From Candidatus Micrarchaeota archaeon (GTDB lineage Archaea; Iainarchaeota; Iainarchaeia; Iainarchaeales; JAGVWC01), in contig JAZDJR010000035.1 of NCBI GenBank assembly GCA_043803815.1, positions 14,069 through 78,068 on the forward strand: a stretch of DNA of 64,000 nucleotides. The letters are read 5' to 3'. The position numbers and the translations under genes were made by a program. Positions within the stretch are counted from its first letter, which is position 1. The number at the start of each line of letters is the position of its first letter. The notes under the pieces are model-generated. The model saw only the letters and a list, made by a program, of their open reading frames with translations, was not told the DNA's origin and did no database searches. Positions 35,220 to 45,152 of this stretch are shown here, in pieces.

Positions 35220-36785
35220 ATGAATTTCGGAAAAATAGACAAAAGACTCCTGATTCCGATTATTTTTGCCATCGCTCTTGCGCTGCTTCAGCTTACTCCT
35301 TCCATTGCGGGTTATTTTGTAAACACCGATAAGGTGTATTTGGGGTTTGAATCCATTCAGGATTCCTATGTTTATGCCTCGTTTATTGAAGATGCCAAGC
35401 ACAATTTTTTCCTCCTGAATAAAAACCACGCTTTGGAGCCCCAAGTCAGGACCTATTTTGTCCCCATTTTTAACGTGGCCGCATTTATGAACACGTGGCT
35501 TGACTTACCCCTGGTATTTTATGTTATACGCTTTTTTCAGACTTTATTTTTCTTGGGCTGTCTCTGGTATTTTTTGAGTTATTTTTACAAAAATTACCGC
35601 GAAAAACTGTTTTCCTATCTTTTCATACCGATTGCGGGCGGCTTTGGATGGCTGGTCACCATTGTCGGAGTGGTGATCCCGTTAATCGGACGGATCCGAA
35701 GCTATGACATTACCTATTGGATGGGATTCAGCCTCATCGGACATATGTACCTGTTTCATCGGTACTATGCACTCGGACTCGTGCTTGTGGGATTCATCCA
35801 GCTTTTGAAATATTACGAAAAAGGCGAAACCAAGCGCCTAATTGCCGCGGCTTTGCTTGGGCTCGTGTCGTTTTTTATCCATCCGGTTACGACCATTTTT
35901 TTTACCGTCACCGTAATCGGAATGCAGGTGCTGATTGCGCTCAAGAATGGAAAAATAGGAAAAAAACAGATACTGACCATTTTGGTTTTCGGAATCGTGC
36001 TTTTTCCGATTATTCCTTTTTCGGCTTGGGTCGCGCAAAACCCGGTCGCGGCCGACCACCAAAAAGTTTATTTTTTCCAGAAAGCCTCGCAGCCGTTCGT
36101 GTTTTATTTTATCGCCTACGGCATGCTGCTCATCATTACGCTCATCAGCCTTACCAAGGCCAGCTGGCTGGATGACAAGGATTCTCCCGCAATATTCAAG
36201 GAAGTCCCGAAAAACAGCCTGTTTTTGTCCTGGATTATAACATCGCTTATCCTGTCACAGATAGGATTTGGAGTGGAGTACACCATTTTCCTTTTCGTAG
36301 CGCTCGCATTTGTTGCCGCCAAATGGATTTACAATATCCGCGAAAAAGTGCCCAAACTGCTGTGGATTGCAATCATTTTATCCTGCATCCTGTCCGTTCC
36401 TTTTGTCATTGCGGAAAGAACCAACCGCGCGGTAACCAGCGAGTACGCTTATATTACACACGGCGAAGACGAGGCCATGAAATTTTTGGACAACCAGCCC
36501 AAAGGCGTTTTTTTGGGGGACAAGATTATTTCTTCCATCGTTGTTTGGAGGACCAAACATACGGTTTTCAGCGACATCGAATACCTGACTTATGATTACC
36601 GCGACAAAATGGGAGAAGTCAAACAATTCTTTGACGGAAATCTGGACATTCCAAAAGAATACAAGGGAAAAATCGATTACCTGTGGATCGGCCCCGCCGA
36701 GGATTTAAACAAGACCTACACGTCGGAAAAAACCGAACTCATTTTTTCCAATAGCGACGTAAAAATTTACAAGATACTGAAATGA
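35220..36785 (+). CDS. GT-C-like polytopic membrane protein (tandem paralog of 33465..35078)
   Basis: YLGFESIQDSYVY, AGGFGWL, FIHP, EAMKFLDNQPK and FSNSDVKIYK match the upstream paralog. ATG at 35220 follows AAAAGGGGA. Confidence 0.65.
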   Translation: MNFGKIDKRLLIPIIFAIALALLQLTPSIAGYFVNTDKVYLGFESIQDSYVYASFIEDAKHNFFLLNKNHALEPQVRTYFVPIFNVAAFMNTWLDLPLVFYVIRFFQTLFFLGCLWYFLSYFYKNYREKLFSYLFIPIAGGFGWLVTIVGVVIPLIGRIRSYDITYWMGFSLIGHMYLFHRYYALGLVLVGFIQLLKYYEKGETKRLIAAALLGLVSFFIHPVTTIFFTVTVIGMQVLIALKNGKIGKKQILTILVFGIVLFPIIPFSAWVAQNPVAADHQKVYFFQKASQPFVFYFIAYGMLLIITLISLTKASWLDDKDSPAIFKEVPKNSLFLSWIITSLILSQIGFGVEYTIFLFVALAFVAAKWIYNIREKVPKLLWIAIILSCILSVPFVIAERTNRAVTSEYAYITHGEDEAMKFLDNQPKGVFLGDKIISSIVVWRTKHTVFSDIEYLTYDYRDKMGEVKQFFDGNLDIPKEYKGKIDYLWIGPAEDLNKTYTSEKTELIFSNSDVKIYKILK

Positions 36786-36886
36786 CCTCCTTTTGCCCGA
36801 AGACGGCTATTTGAAGCCGGACATTGCACCAAAGCCATATTAAGAAAAATCACCCCATGGGTTAAACGTCCAAAAAAGGTGAATAA

Positions 36887-37822
36887 TTGAAAAACGTCTG
36901 GAAACTGGTGGTCGGCCTCGTGCTCTTGGCCGCCTTGTATTACCTGATTGGAATAACCCGTGTTATTGAAAAAATCGCCTCGGTTAACCCTTTTTTTGTC
37001 ATTTTAGCCGCCGCACTCCTCGTTTTTAGCCTTGTGTTAAGCGGCTTAAACGTCCTGATTTCCGTCTGGCCTTTCCGAAAAATCTCTTTTTCAAAAGCCG
37101 TAAAGTACTATTTTTTCTCCTGGTCCGTCGGCTTTTTGGGACCCGGAAAAGTCGGGGATTTTTCCATCATTCCCCTCCTGCAAAAAGATGGAATTACCGC
37201 GGGACAGGCCACCGCGTCCGCCATCCTGAACAAAACCACAACAGTGTTTACCCTGTTTTTTTTGTCGGCTTTTGGCGTGCTGTTTTTTTTCGAACCCTCC
37301 TACGCGTTCCAGCTGATTTTGGCCGGCGTTGCGATTCTGGCGGTTTTTGTTTTTTTGGTCTGGACCCCGATGGGAAGAAGCTGGATTAAAAAAATCCTCG
37401 GAAAAAAAAGCGCCTGGTTTGCGGGATTTGGAATCGCCATGGACAGTTATTTTTCAAAGCACCGCGACATCGTTATCCTAAACGAACTGGTGACGGTTGC
37501 CCAATGGCTGACTCTTGCGGTATTTACGCTCGCCTTATTTTGGGGGTTCGGCTTTTTTCCCTCGTTTTGGGACGTTGTATTTGTGGCCTGCATTTCGAGT
37601 GTGGTTTCCCTGATTCCGATTTCCCCCAACGGAATCGGCGTGCGCGAAGTGACGTATACTTTTTTGGCCGGCCTTGCCGGTTGGCCCGCCGTCACCACCG
37701 TCAGCGTGATTGCGGTTTCTCTGGCGATTCATTACGCGATTGTCGTTGTAACGTTTGTTTTTTTTGCGGGCGAAATTAAGGGAATCCTAAAAATACAGGG
37801 TCCTGAAAACGGCGGTGCATGA
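36887..37822 (+). CDS. Lysylphosphatidylglycerol-synthase TM domain / UPF0104 flippase-like protein #1
   Basis: PGKVGDF and LIPISPNGIGVRE motifs, about 8 TM segments, and a TTG start after AGGTGA. Confidence 0.85.
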   Translation: MKNVWKLVVGLVLLAALYYLIGITRVIEKIASVNPFFVILAAALLVFSLVLSGLNVLISVWPFRKISFSKAVKYYFFSWSVGFLGPGKVGDFSIIPLLQKDGITAGQATASAILNKTTTVFTLFFLSAFGVLFFFEPSYAFQLILAGVAILAVFVFLVWTPMGRSWIKKILGKKSAWFAGFGIAMDSYFSKHRDIVILNELVTVAQWLTLAVFTLALFWGFGFFPSFWDVVFVACISSVVSLIPISPNGIGVREVTYTFLAGLAGWPAVTTVSVIAVSLAIHYAIVVVTFVFFAGEIKGILKIQGPENGGA

Positions 37823-38738
37823 GATGAAAATACTTGTTACCGGAAGCGGCGGCTTGGTCGGAAAAAAAATCGCGGAGTTGTTGGTCAATCAAAAACACTC
37901 GGTCGTGAATTTTGACCACAACAGCGGTTTTGACATTTTGGACCCGCAGGCGATTACCGCGGCAATGAAAGAGTGCGACGCGGTTATTCATTGCGCCGCG
38001 CTCTTAAACGAAAATCGGGGAAAAGACCTTCTTTGGAAAACCAATGTCGACGGAACAAAAAACATTCTCGCGGCCTGCGTGCAAAACAAGGTCAAGCGCC
38101 TGGTTTTTTTGAGCAGTGTCGGGGTTTACGGAACGGTTCCCGGAATCAAAAACGAAAATTCCCCGCTTTCGCCCAAAACCCTGTACGACCAAAGCAAGGT
38201 TGCCGGCGAAAAATTCATCCTCGAAAACAGGTCCGTTGGTTACACCATTATCCGAAGCGCCTTAGTGGTCGGCCCGAGCCCGCACTGGAAAAAACTCTTT
38301 TCTTTTGTCAAAAAAGGTTTCCCGTTGGTCGGCGACGGGCGCCAAACCTGGCAAACCGTCGATTATGAGGACCTGGCCAAAGCCGCGGTATTTTTGCTTT
38401 TTTCAAAAGAAGGCCAAAACGGGGTTTTTATCGTCGCGGGAAGCGAAAAACCCTCCTTGATTGAATTCACCGGTTTTATTCGCGAGTCCATGGGGAAAAA
38501 AACACGGGTAATGACGGTTCCGCTTTGGATTGGAAAAATCGCGGGTTTTTTTGGCGGTTTTTTGTTTTGGGTTTTGCAAAAGCCGAATCCCCTTTCGCCG
38601 GTCAGTTTGGAAGGAATGCTGCAGGAACGGCGCTACGATATTTCCAAAATCGAAAAAGCGGGATGGAAAAACGGTTTTTCGTTCAGGGAATCCATCCAAA
38701 AAACCGTTGCCGAACTCAAAATGAAAAATTCGCGATGA
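37815..38738 (+). CDS. NAD-dependent epimerase/dehydratase (extended SDR)
   Basis: VTGSGGLVG, IHCAA, NVDGT, SSVGVYG and YDQSK. Confidence 0.88.
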   Translation: MHEMKILVTGSGGLVGKKIAELLVNQKHSVVNFDHNSGFDILDPQAITAAMKECDAVIHCAALLNENRGKDLLWKTNVDGTKNILAACVQNKVKRLVFLSSVGVYGTVPGIKNENSPLSPKTLYDQSKVAGEKFILENRSVGYTIIRSALVVGPSPHWKKLFSFVKKGFPLVGDGRQTWQTVDYEDLAKAAVFLLFSKEGQNGVFIVAGSEKPSLIEFTGFIRESMGKKTRVMTVPLWIGKIAGFFGGFLFWVLQKPNPLSPVSLEGMLQERRYDISKIEKAGWKNGFSFRESIQKTVAELKMKNSR

Positions 38739-38744
38739 TTCGCT

Positions 38745-39320
38745 TCAGTCTTTTTCAAGCTTCCAGTAGATTTGGTAGCACAAATTCCCGATGAAATGCG
38801 CCGCTTTAATCCTGAGACTGGCCGGAATCAATTTGGCCGGCTTGGTAAAAAACAATTCCTGCTCTAAAACATTGAATTTGGATTTGGTATACCTTTTGAA
38901 CGGCCCTTTTTTCGTATAAAACTGGTCGATGGTGGTTTCGCACCACATGATGTGATGGAACGGCAATTGGCCAAAATTAAACGAATTGTAATAAGGGACT
39001 TCAATATGCAAAATTCCGCTTGGTTTTAAGACCCGGTAAATTTCCGTTAAAACCTCGTCGAATTTGAAGGTATGTTCCAAAAAATTCAGGCAAAAAACCT
39101 CGTCGAATTCCCCGTCCTTAAAAGGAAGCTTTTTTTCCGCATCCGCAACAATGTCCGCGCCCGAAGCGGGGTCTGCGTCCAGCCCGACGGCGCCGGGTAT
39201 TTTTCGCCGTCCGCAAGCCAGGTCCAGTATTTTTTTAGAGCCCGGCCGGTAGGAGTTGATTTTTTTGGTTGTCCAGTGACCGACTCCCGCCTCGTTGGAT
39301 ACGAATGAATGCTTAATCAT
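38745..39320 (-). CDS. Class I SAM-dependent methyltransferase (short form)
   Basis: LDLACG, LPFKDGEFDEV, FLEH and RVLKPSG. Confidence 0.85.
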   Translation of the reverse strand: MIKHSFVSNEAGVGHWTTKKINSYRPGSKKILDLACGRRKIPGAVGLDADPASGADIVADAEKKLPFKDGEFDEVFCLNFLEHTFKFDEVLTEIYRVLKPSGILHIEVPYYNSFNFGQLPFHHIMWCETTIDQFYTKKGPFKRYTKSKFNVLEQELFFTKPAKLIPASLRIKAAHFIGNLCYQIYWKLEKD

Positions 39321-39404
39321 CTTTTCACATTCTGGAAATCAATGCTTATATGGTTTGCTTTTGGTTAAAAAACGGTCAGGCGGCCTTCATGAAAATGCTT
39401 CGGT

Positions 39405-40496
39405 TTATTTTTTGGCCGATTCCAAAACATTTTTTATTCTTTCCCCGATTTCTTCCCAGGTAAACACTTCGGGATTTTTGGGAACGAATTGTTGCGGGTT
39501 TTTCAGGACTTTTGCGATAACTTCGGCCGTTTTTACGGGGTCTTTTTGGTTTTTTATTTCAACCACATACTTTTTTTGCGCAAACGCGGGGGACGCGCCT
39601 TGGTTTACGATGACGGGAATTTGGGCGGCGAGGCCTTCCAATAACACAAGCGAAACGGCACGAAAACCCAAAAGCAAAATCAGGGCGGACGAGCATTTGA
39701 GCTCCTTTAGGTAGGCATCCCGGTCGGTCATGGCGCCTTTAAACTCGACTTTGGAAGATATGGCCAGTTTTTGGGCGAGTGCAACAAATTCTTCCCGGTC
39801 CGGCCCGTCGCCGATAATCACAAGTTGCACTTTGGGGTTTTGCTTTGCAACGATTGCAAACGCGGGCAATAAATCCAAAAAACCCTTGCTTTTCACCAGC
39901 CTTCCGACGCAAAGCAGGCGGCCGGGTATTTTTTCAACCTTGACCGATTCGATCCGTTTTCGGTCGATTCCAAGGCCGATGATTTCGGACGGAACTTTTC
40001 CGAACAAATGGCGGTACTGCTCGGATTCGGAATCCGAGGAATAAAAAACATAGTCGATTCTGGAATTAAAAAAGCGGATTAGGCGGTCGAAAAAGGACCG
40101 CAGGAACTTTTTGAAACGCGAATGCGCGCCGGAAGCATTGACATAAATCGCCAGTTTTTGGTTCTTTTTTTTGGCGAGCATGGCGAATAAGGTGGGCAGG
40201 TTATTGTAGCCGTTCACCAAAACAAAATCCGCGTCGCTTTTTTTTAACGCCGAAAAAAGTTCTATGGAAAAAAAATAGCTTTCTTTTGGGGAAAAAGCCG
40301 AAAATTCGCGGATGGTCAATCCTTGCCAGTCAACCGACTGCGTCTTTTGCGGTGTGGTCGTAAAAATTTCAACTTCCAAACCGGCGTTGGAAAAATACCT
40401 GGCGAGCTGTACGGTCAGGTTTTCAAGGCCTGTTGAGTACAGGCGCGGGGTGCGCGGGCAAACCAGCACGATTTTTCTTTTTTGGTTTTTTTTCAC
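39405..40496 (-). CDS. GT4 glycosyltransferase
   Basis: IVLVCP...TGLE, CVGRLVKSKG, IIGDGP and LVLLEGLA. The GTG start at 40496 overlaps the upstream TGA (GTGA). Confidence 0.85.
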   Translation of the reverse strand: MKKNQKRKIVLVCPRTPRLYSTGLENLTVQLARYFSNAGLEVEIFTTTPQKTQSVDWQGLTIREFSAFSPKESYFFSIELFSALKKSDADFVLVNGYNNLPTLFAMLAKKKNQKLAIYVNASGAHSRFKKFLRSFFDRLIRFFNSRIDYVFYSSDSESEQYRHLFGKVPSEIIGLGIDRKRIESVKVEKIPGRLLCVGRLVKSKGFLDLLPAFAIVAKQNPKVQLVIIGDGPDREEFVALAQKLAISSKVEFKGAMTDRDAYLKELKCSSALILLLGFRAVSLVLLEGLAAQIPVIVNQGASPAFAQKKYVVEIKNQKDPVKTAEVIAKVLKNPQQFVPKNPEVFTWEEIGERIKNVLESAKK

Positions 40497-41773
40497 AGGT
40501 CTTTTGCTCCTTTCAGGATTCGAAGGCTTGGAATCAGCAATACGAAACATCCGCCTTTTTTCATTGCCGATTCGGTTTTTTGCATGATTTCTTTTGCGTA
40601 GTTCCACGAAAAAATAATCAAAAAATCGGCCGGTTCTTTTTTTAGCCCCGGCAAATCGACAATCGGAATTCCGGTGTTTCCGATAAACCGCCCTATCTTT
40701 TCCGGCGTCTGGTCAACCACAAAGGAAACCAAATCCTTTGAAATGCCGAAAAAATTCAGCAGTACGCACGCTTTGGCGGCGGCGCCAAAACCCGCCGTTT
40801 TTTTTCCCCGCTTTTTTTGCAAAATCAAAAAATCGATGGTTTGTTTGCGTATTTTTTCAACGGAGTTTTTGTAGGAAAGATACGTGGCCGGAAGGTACAA
40901 TCCATCCCGCTCTTCCTGAGTTAGCAGTTCGGCAACCGAGGATTGGGGTGCCAGCGGGCTTTGGGTGTGAACCGCCCAGATGCGCAGCGCATCCGCATGA
41001 ACCAAAGAGGAGGATGCGTCGATTATTTTCAAGCCGTGCTCTTTTAAAAGCCGGACCAGGGGTTTTAGCAAAAAATAGGACAGGTGTTCGTGGTAAATCG
41101 TGTCGAACTCGTTTTTTTGGATAAGGTTTGCGGCATAATGGACTTCGCAAACCATTGCGCCATCCAAGGCAAGGGCATTTCGGCAGTTTTCAATGAATGC
41201 ATGAACATCGGATACTTGAGCCAGAACGCTGGTAGCCGTAATTACCTGCACTTTTCCTTTTTTCAAAACGGCTTTGGCGGATTTTGAATCCCAATAGCTT
41301 GCAATGGTCGGGATTTTGTTTTTTCGGGCTATTTTTGCAAGCTCTCGGCCGGGCTCCACTCCAAGGGTTTCAAATCCCTGCGTTTTGAATGCCTGCAGTA
41401 AACAGCCGTCGTTGCTTCCCAAGTCCAGCACGGCCCCGTTTTTTAATTTTGGAAAACGCCGGACAACTTCCGCGGCCAGTTTTGAACAGTGCTCTTGGAA
41501 TGTTTTGGAAAGCGAACTGCGGTAGGCATAATTGGAAAAAATAAGGTTTGGATTGACCGCTCCACCCAGCTGAATAAATCCGCAATCCGGGCAAAAATAT
41601 ACCTGAACGGGAAAAGACGGCGCTTTTTCTTTTTGGGTCTTAAAAAACGAATTCACGAGCGGAAGTTTTCCCATGTCCAAAAACAAGGCCATGTCCGCGG
41701 CGCCGCAGAGCCGGCAGGCCGAAAGCGGCTGAAAATCGGGATTGTTTTTTTTTCGGCGGTTTGACATAAACAT
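40493..41773 (-). CDS. NDP-hexose C-methyltransferase #2
   Basis: CRLCG...CPDC, DLGSNDG, FDTIYHEHLSYF, FGAAAK and FSWNY. Paralog of 16799..18052. Confidence 0.9.
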   Translation of the reverse strand: MFMSNRRKKNNPDFQPLSACRLCGAADMALFLDMGKLPLVNSFFKTQKEKAPSFPVQVYFCPDCGFIQLGGAVNPNLIFSNYAYRSSLSKTFQEHCSKLAAEVVRRFPKLKNGAVLDLGSNDGCLLQAFKTQGFETLGVEPGRELAKIARKNKIPTIASYWDSKSAKAVLKKGKVQVITATSVLAQVSDVHAFIENCRNALALDGAMVCEVHYAANLIQKNEFDTIYHEHLSYFLLKPLVRLLKEHGLKIIDASSSLVHADALRIWAVHTQSPLAPQSSVAELLTQEERDGLYLPATYLSYKNSVEKIRKQTIDFLILQKKRGKKTAGFGAAAKACVLLNFFGISKDLVSFVVDQTPEKIGRFIGNTGIPIVDLPGLKKEPADFLIIFSWNYAKEIMQKTESAMKKGGCFVLLIPSLRILKGAKDL

Positions 41774-41872
41774 ATTTGCAAATTTTGTAAAACATTTTGG
41801 GTGAGTTTTGGGTTTTTATTTTATTCCAAATTATTTTTTGCAGCATTCGTTTTCGGTTCGGCTTTTTGCGGT

Positions 41873-42823
41873 TTATTTTTTTAACTTTTTTTCCAACTGG
41901 CTTTTTTTAATCCGGTACAGCGTTTCTTCCGCGATTTTCCGGTTGTTTTTAAGCATCTCGGCCAAAAGGCCCATGGTGACAATCTGAAATCCGAACACCA
42001 GCAAAGCAACAGACAGCACCGCGGTAGGCAAATACGGTTCGACAACGCCAAAACGGAAAAAATGGACCAATATCCGCAGGCCGAACAAAAAACCGGCGAC
42101 AAAAACAAGCCCGCCCAACGTCACAAACACCTTAAGGGGCTTATACGACAAATAACCGATGACCAAAGTCAAAACCGATTTTTTGGCGTATCCAAATACG
42201 CTTCCAATCAGCCGCGATTCGTCTTTTCGCTTCCTAAAATCAACGGGCACTTCCACAATCCGAAGCGAAAGATTCGCGGCATGTACAATCGTTTCCTGGG
42301 TATAGGTGTAGTTTGATAAAACCACGAGGCGCAGGGCGGCTTCGCGGCTGAATGCGCGAAAACCCGTCTGGCCGTCGCTGACGGGAATGCCCGCGACCAT
42401 CGAGACCGCGCGGGTGGCCAATTGGTTTCCCAGTCGTTTTGAAAACGGCATGGATTCGATGTAGCCCGCAAAGCGCGAGCCCAAAACGATGTCGGCTTGG
42501 CCGTCCAAAACGGGTTTCACCAAAAGCGGGATTTGTTTTTGGTTGTACTGCATGTCCGCGTCCGTATTGACGATGATGTCCGCGCCCATTTCAAGCGACT
42601 TTTGCAAACCGTCGCGAAACGAGGACGCGAGCCCTTTGTGCGGATTTTTGAGCACGGTTGCACCTTTTTTTTGGCTGACTTCCGCGGTTTTGTCCGTGGA
42701 ACCGTCGTCGATTACAAGAGTCGAAATGCGGTCGATTCCCCTTATCGAAAAAGGGATTTCGTCCAGCACCAAAGAAATGGTTTTTTCCTCGTTAAAAGCC
42801 GGAATCATGATTACTAAGTGCAT
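41873..42823 (-). CDS. GT2 polyprenol-phosphate glycosyltransferase with C-terminal TM helices
   Basis: IPAFNEE, IDDGSTD, NTDADMQY, VLGSRF and DGQTGFRA. Confidence 0.92.
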   Translation of the reverse strand: MHLVIMIPAFNEEKTISLVLDEIPFSIRGIDRISTLVIDDGSTDKTAEVSQKKGATVLKNPHKGLASSFRDGLQKSLEMGADIIVNTDADMQYNQKQIPLLVKPVLDGQADIVLGSRFAGYIESMPFSKRLGNQLATRAVSMVAGIPVSDGQTGFRAFSREAALRLVVLSNYTYTQETIVHAANLSLRIVEVPVDFRKRKDESRLIGSVFGYAKKSVLTLVIGYLSYKPLKVFVTLGGLVFVAGFLFGLRILVHFFRFGVVEPYLPTAVLSVALLVFGFQIVTMGLLAEMLKNNRKIAEETLYRIKKSQLEKKLKK

Positions 42824-42838
42824 ATAGTCCTCTTTGAT

Positions 42839-43564
42839 TTACTCCTTAAATAACCCAGCCGATGGCGGGGATTTCAATAAAAAGCGGATTCTTAAAAGGC
42901 CCAAAAACATGCTGGGAACCGTCATAAATCCGATTTTGCTTTCCGCGGCATCCGTCCACACAATGGGAACTTCAAGTATGGTAAATCCCTTTTTTTTGGC
43001 GCGCCAGAGCAGTTCGACGTCGAACTCGAAAAATCCGGATTCAACGGACTGCATAATCGGAACGGTTTTTTTTGAAAACACCTTGGCGCCGCATTGCGTG
43101 TCGTTGAGCGGCAAGCCGAACAAAAAATTCACCAAAAAATTGAACGAGCGTCCCAAAAATTTCCGGTACTCGGGCTGGTTTAGGATTTTCGAACCGGACA
43201 GGGCGCGGGAGCCGATTGCAATATCCGCTTTTGAAAGGCCGCTTAAGATTTTCAGGAATTCCTGCGGCGGCGTCGAATTGTCGGCATCCACAAACGCCAC
43301 GACTGGCTTGGCGGCAAGGGCAAATCCCCGTTTGACTGCTCCTCCTTTTCCGATTTTTCTTGGAACGTCGAGTAAGCGCACGTTTTTTTTCCCCTTTGAA
43401 AAAGAATTTACCACGCCGGCGGTATTGTCCGAGCAGTTGTTGGCAACGACGATGATTTCAAAGTCGGATTTTTTTTTCGAAAAAAAAGAGTAATACGAGT
43501 CCAAAGTCTGGGCGATTCTTTTTTCCTCGTTATAAGCGGGAATGATGATTGAAAATGATTCCAA
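42839..43564 (-). CDS. GT2 dolichyl-phosphate glycosyltransferase (ALG5/AglJ-like)
   Basis: IIPAYNEEKRI, GKGGAV, FVDAD, DTQCGAK and FDVELL. TTG start at 43564 after AGGTGA. Confidence 0.9.
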   Translation of the reverse strand: MESFSIIIPAYNEEKRIAQTLDSYYSFFSKKKSDFEIIVVANNCSDNTAGVVNSFSKGKKNVRLLDVPRKIGKGGAVKRGFALAAKPVVAFVDADNSTPPQEFLKILSGLSKADIAIGSRALSGSKILNQPEYRKFLGRSFNFLVNFLFGLPLNDTQCGAKVFSKKTVPIMQSVESGFFEFDVELLWRAKKKGFTILEVPIVWTDAAESKIGFMTVPSMFLGLLRIRFLLKSPPSAGLFKE

Positions 43565-43568
43565 ATTT

Positions 43569-45152
43569 TCACCTTTTTTGTTTATAAACCTTGAACGCCC
43601 CGAATTCAAAAACAGGGGGCCGCCCCAAATCAAAATTGAACTGGCCAGTATTAAAAACGACATACTCAACTTCGGTCTGGTTGATACAGGAAATGCAGCC
43701 GGCTTCGATTTGTTTTTGGATTTTTTCGCGGTTTAACGATTCGTCGGAACCCGAAACGACCTGCAAAACCGAATCCGGCAAAAAATGATCGACCAAAGGG
43801 TCGAACGGAATCTTATTGGAAACCGCCGCAATCCAGCCACCGCCGTCGGCCAAAAAAAGCGTTTTTTTCAGGGCAGGGTCGAACTTTTTGAATGCCAGCG
43901 CAAACGCTTCGTCCTGAACCGTTGCCTTGGAACCCGACCTGGCATGGGCCAAATCTGACGAGGCAAAAAAAGACGCGAGGCAAAGCAGGACAATCAATAG
44001 CAGGACGGTCTGAAACGGCTTCCAACCGGAATGCCGCTTCTCGAACTTTTCCCAGACAAAGGTCGCAAAAAAAGTTCCCGCAAAAATAACGGCAAACAGG
44101 CTGAACAGGAAAAAAAACTTGTCCGAATGCGGAAGGCCGATGGCGGAAAAGAAAAGATAAAATAAAAGCCAGACCACGGAAAAAATAAACGCATCGGACG
44201 ATTTTTTTCCGGAAGAAAAAACCGCGGAAAGTAAAAACAAAACCAGAGGAACCAAGCCGAACCACAGGGGCACGGCGATTAAGGCGGCCCAAAGGCCGGA
44301 AAGACTAAAGGACGCCAGCTGTCCCGGCGCGTTTGTAAAAACCGGAAGGTACGTCAGCAGTATGGCGGGAATCGAAAGGCAGGCAGAAAGCAAAAGCCCG
44401 AGGCCGAACTTGAAATCGCGTTTTTGGATTGTTTTAAACGCCAAAAAAAGTGCCAATAACGGACCGGTTGCGGGATGAAAAACAATCGTTGCGGGCAAAA
44501 GCAAAAACGCAAGCGGGCTTTTTTTTTCGAAAAAATACCAGGCGCCGATAAAAAGCGCGAAGCTGGCAAGCAAAGGAAAAACGCCATAATAAAAATTCTG
44601 GAAAATAACTTTCGTCCCGATCAGCAATGCCGCGGAAATCAGGGAAGCGTTATGGTTTTTGGACAGCGCAAAGGCCATCCAGTATACCAAAGCAACAAGA
44701 ATGACGGAAAAAACAAGCCCTAAAAACCAGACGATTTGGTAATCGGAAACAAAGAAAAACAATTTGGAAACCGCGTTTGAAAACAAGGCAAATCCTATCT
44801 GGTAAGTGAACTTCAGGTCGGAATACGGCGCGTAAGTGCCGGGAATTTTGTCGTTTAGAATGCGGATATTGGTAATATGCAGGACATCGGAACTGGCCGG
44901 AAAAAACGGGTGAACCAAAAGCAGCGGGTATGCAGCCAGACCAAGCATCAACAGGCACAATACCAAAACGCTTTTGGGCAGGGGCATGTTTTCGATTTCC
45001 TTGCCCCATTTTTTTACCGCGAAAAACGCGGCGAACGCGCTTAACAGCAAAATCGGAATCGGAAACAGGTTCCAAAAGCCGATCCACAGGCTGGACAAGG
45101 CGACAACGGATGCCCAGACCAAAAAGCCGAAAACCAAGGATGAAAGCTTCAT
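43569..45152 (-). CDS. GT-C-like polytopic membrane protein
   Basis: About 13 TM segments, with an SSDVLH...TYAPY...TYQIGF external loop, FHP, and a C-terminal VEYVVF...FKVYK domain. Confidence 0.6.
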   Translation of the reverse strand: MKLSSLVFGFLVWASVVALSSLWIGFWNLFPIPILLLSAFAAFFAVKKWGKEIENMPLPKSVLVLCLLMLGLAAYPLLLVHPFFPASSDVLHITNIRILNDKIPGTYAPYSDLKFTYQIGFALFSNAVSKLFFFVSDYQIVWFLGLVFSVILVALVYWMAFALSKNHNASLISAALLIGTKVIFQNFYYGVFPLLASFALFIGAWYFFEKKSPLAFLLLPATIVFHPATGPLLALFLAFKTIQKRDFKFGLGLLLSACLSIPAILLTYLPVFTNAPGQLASFSLSGLWAALIAVPLWFGLVPLVLFLLSAVFSSGKKSSDAFIFSVVWLLFYLFFSAIGLPHSDKFFFLFSLFAVIFAGTFFATFVWEKFEKRHSGWKPFQTVLLLIVLLCLASFFASSDLAHARSGSKATVQDEAFALAFKKFDPALKKTLFLADGGGWIAAVSNKIPFDPLVDHFLPDSVLQVVSGSDESLNREKIQKQIEAGCISCINQTEVEYVVFNTGQFNFDLGRPPVFEFGAFKVYKQKR

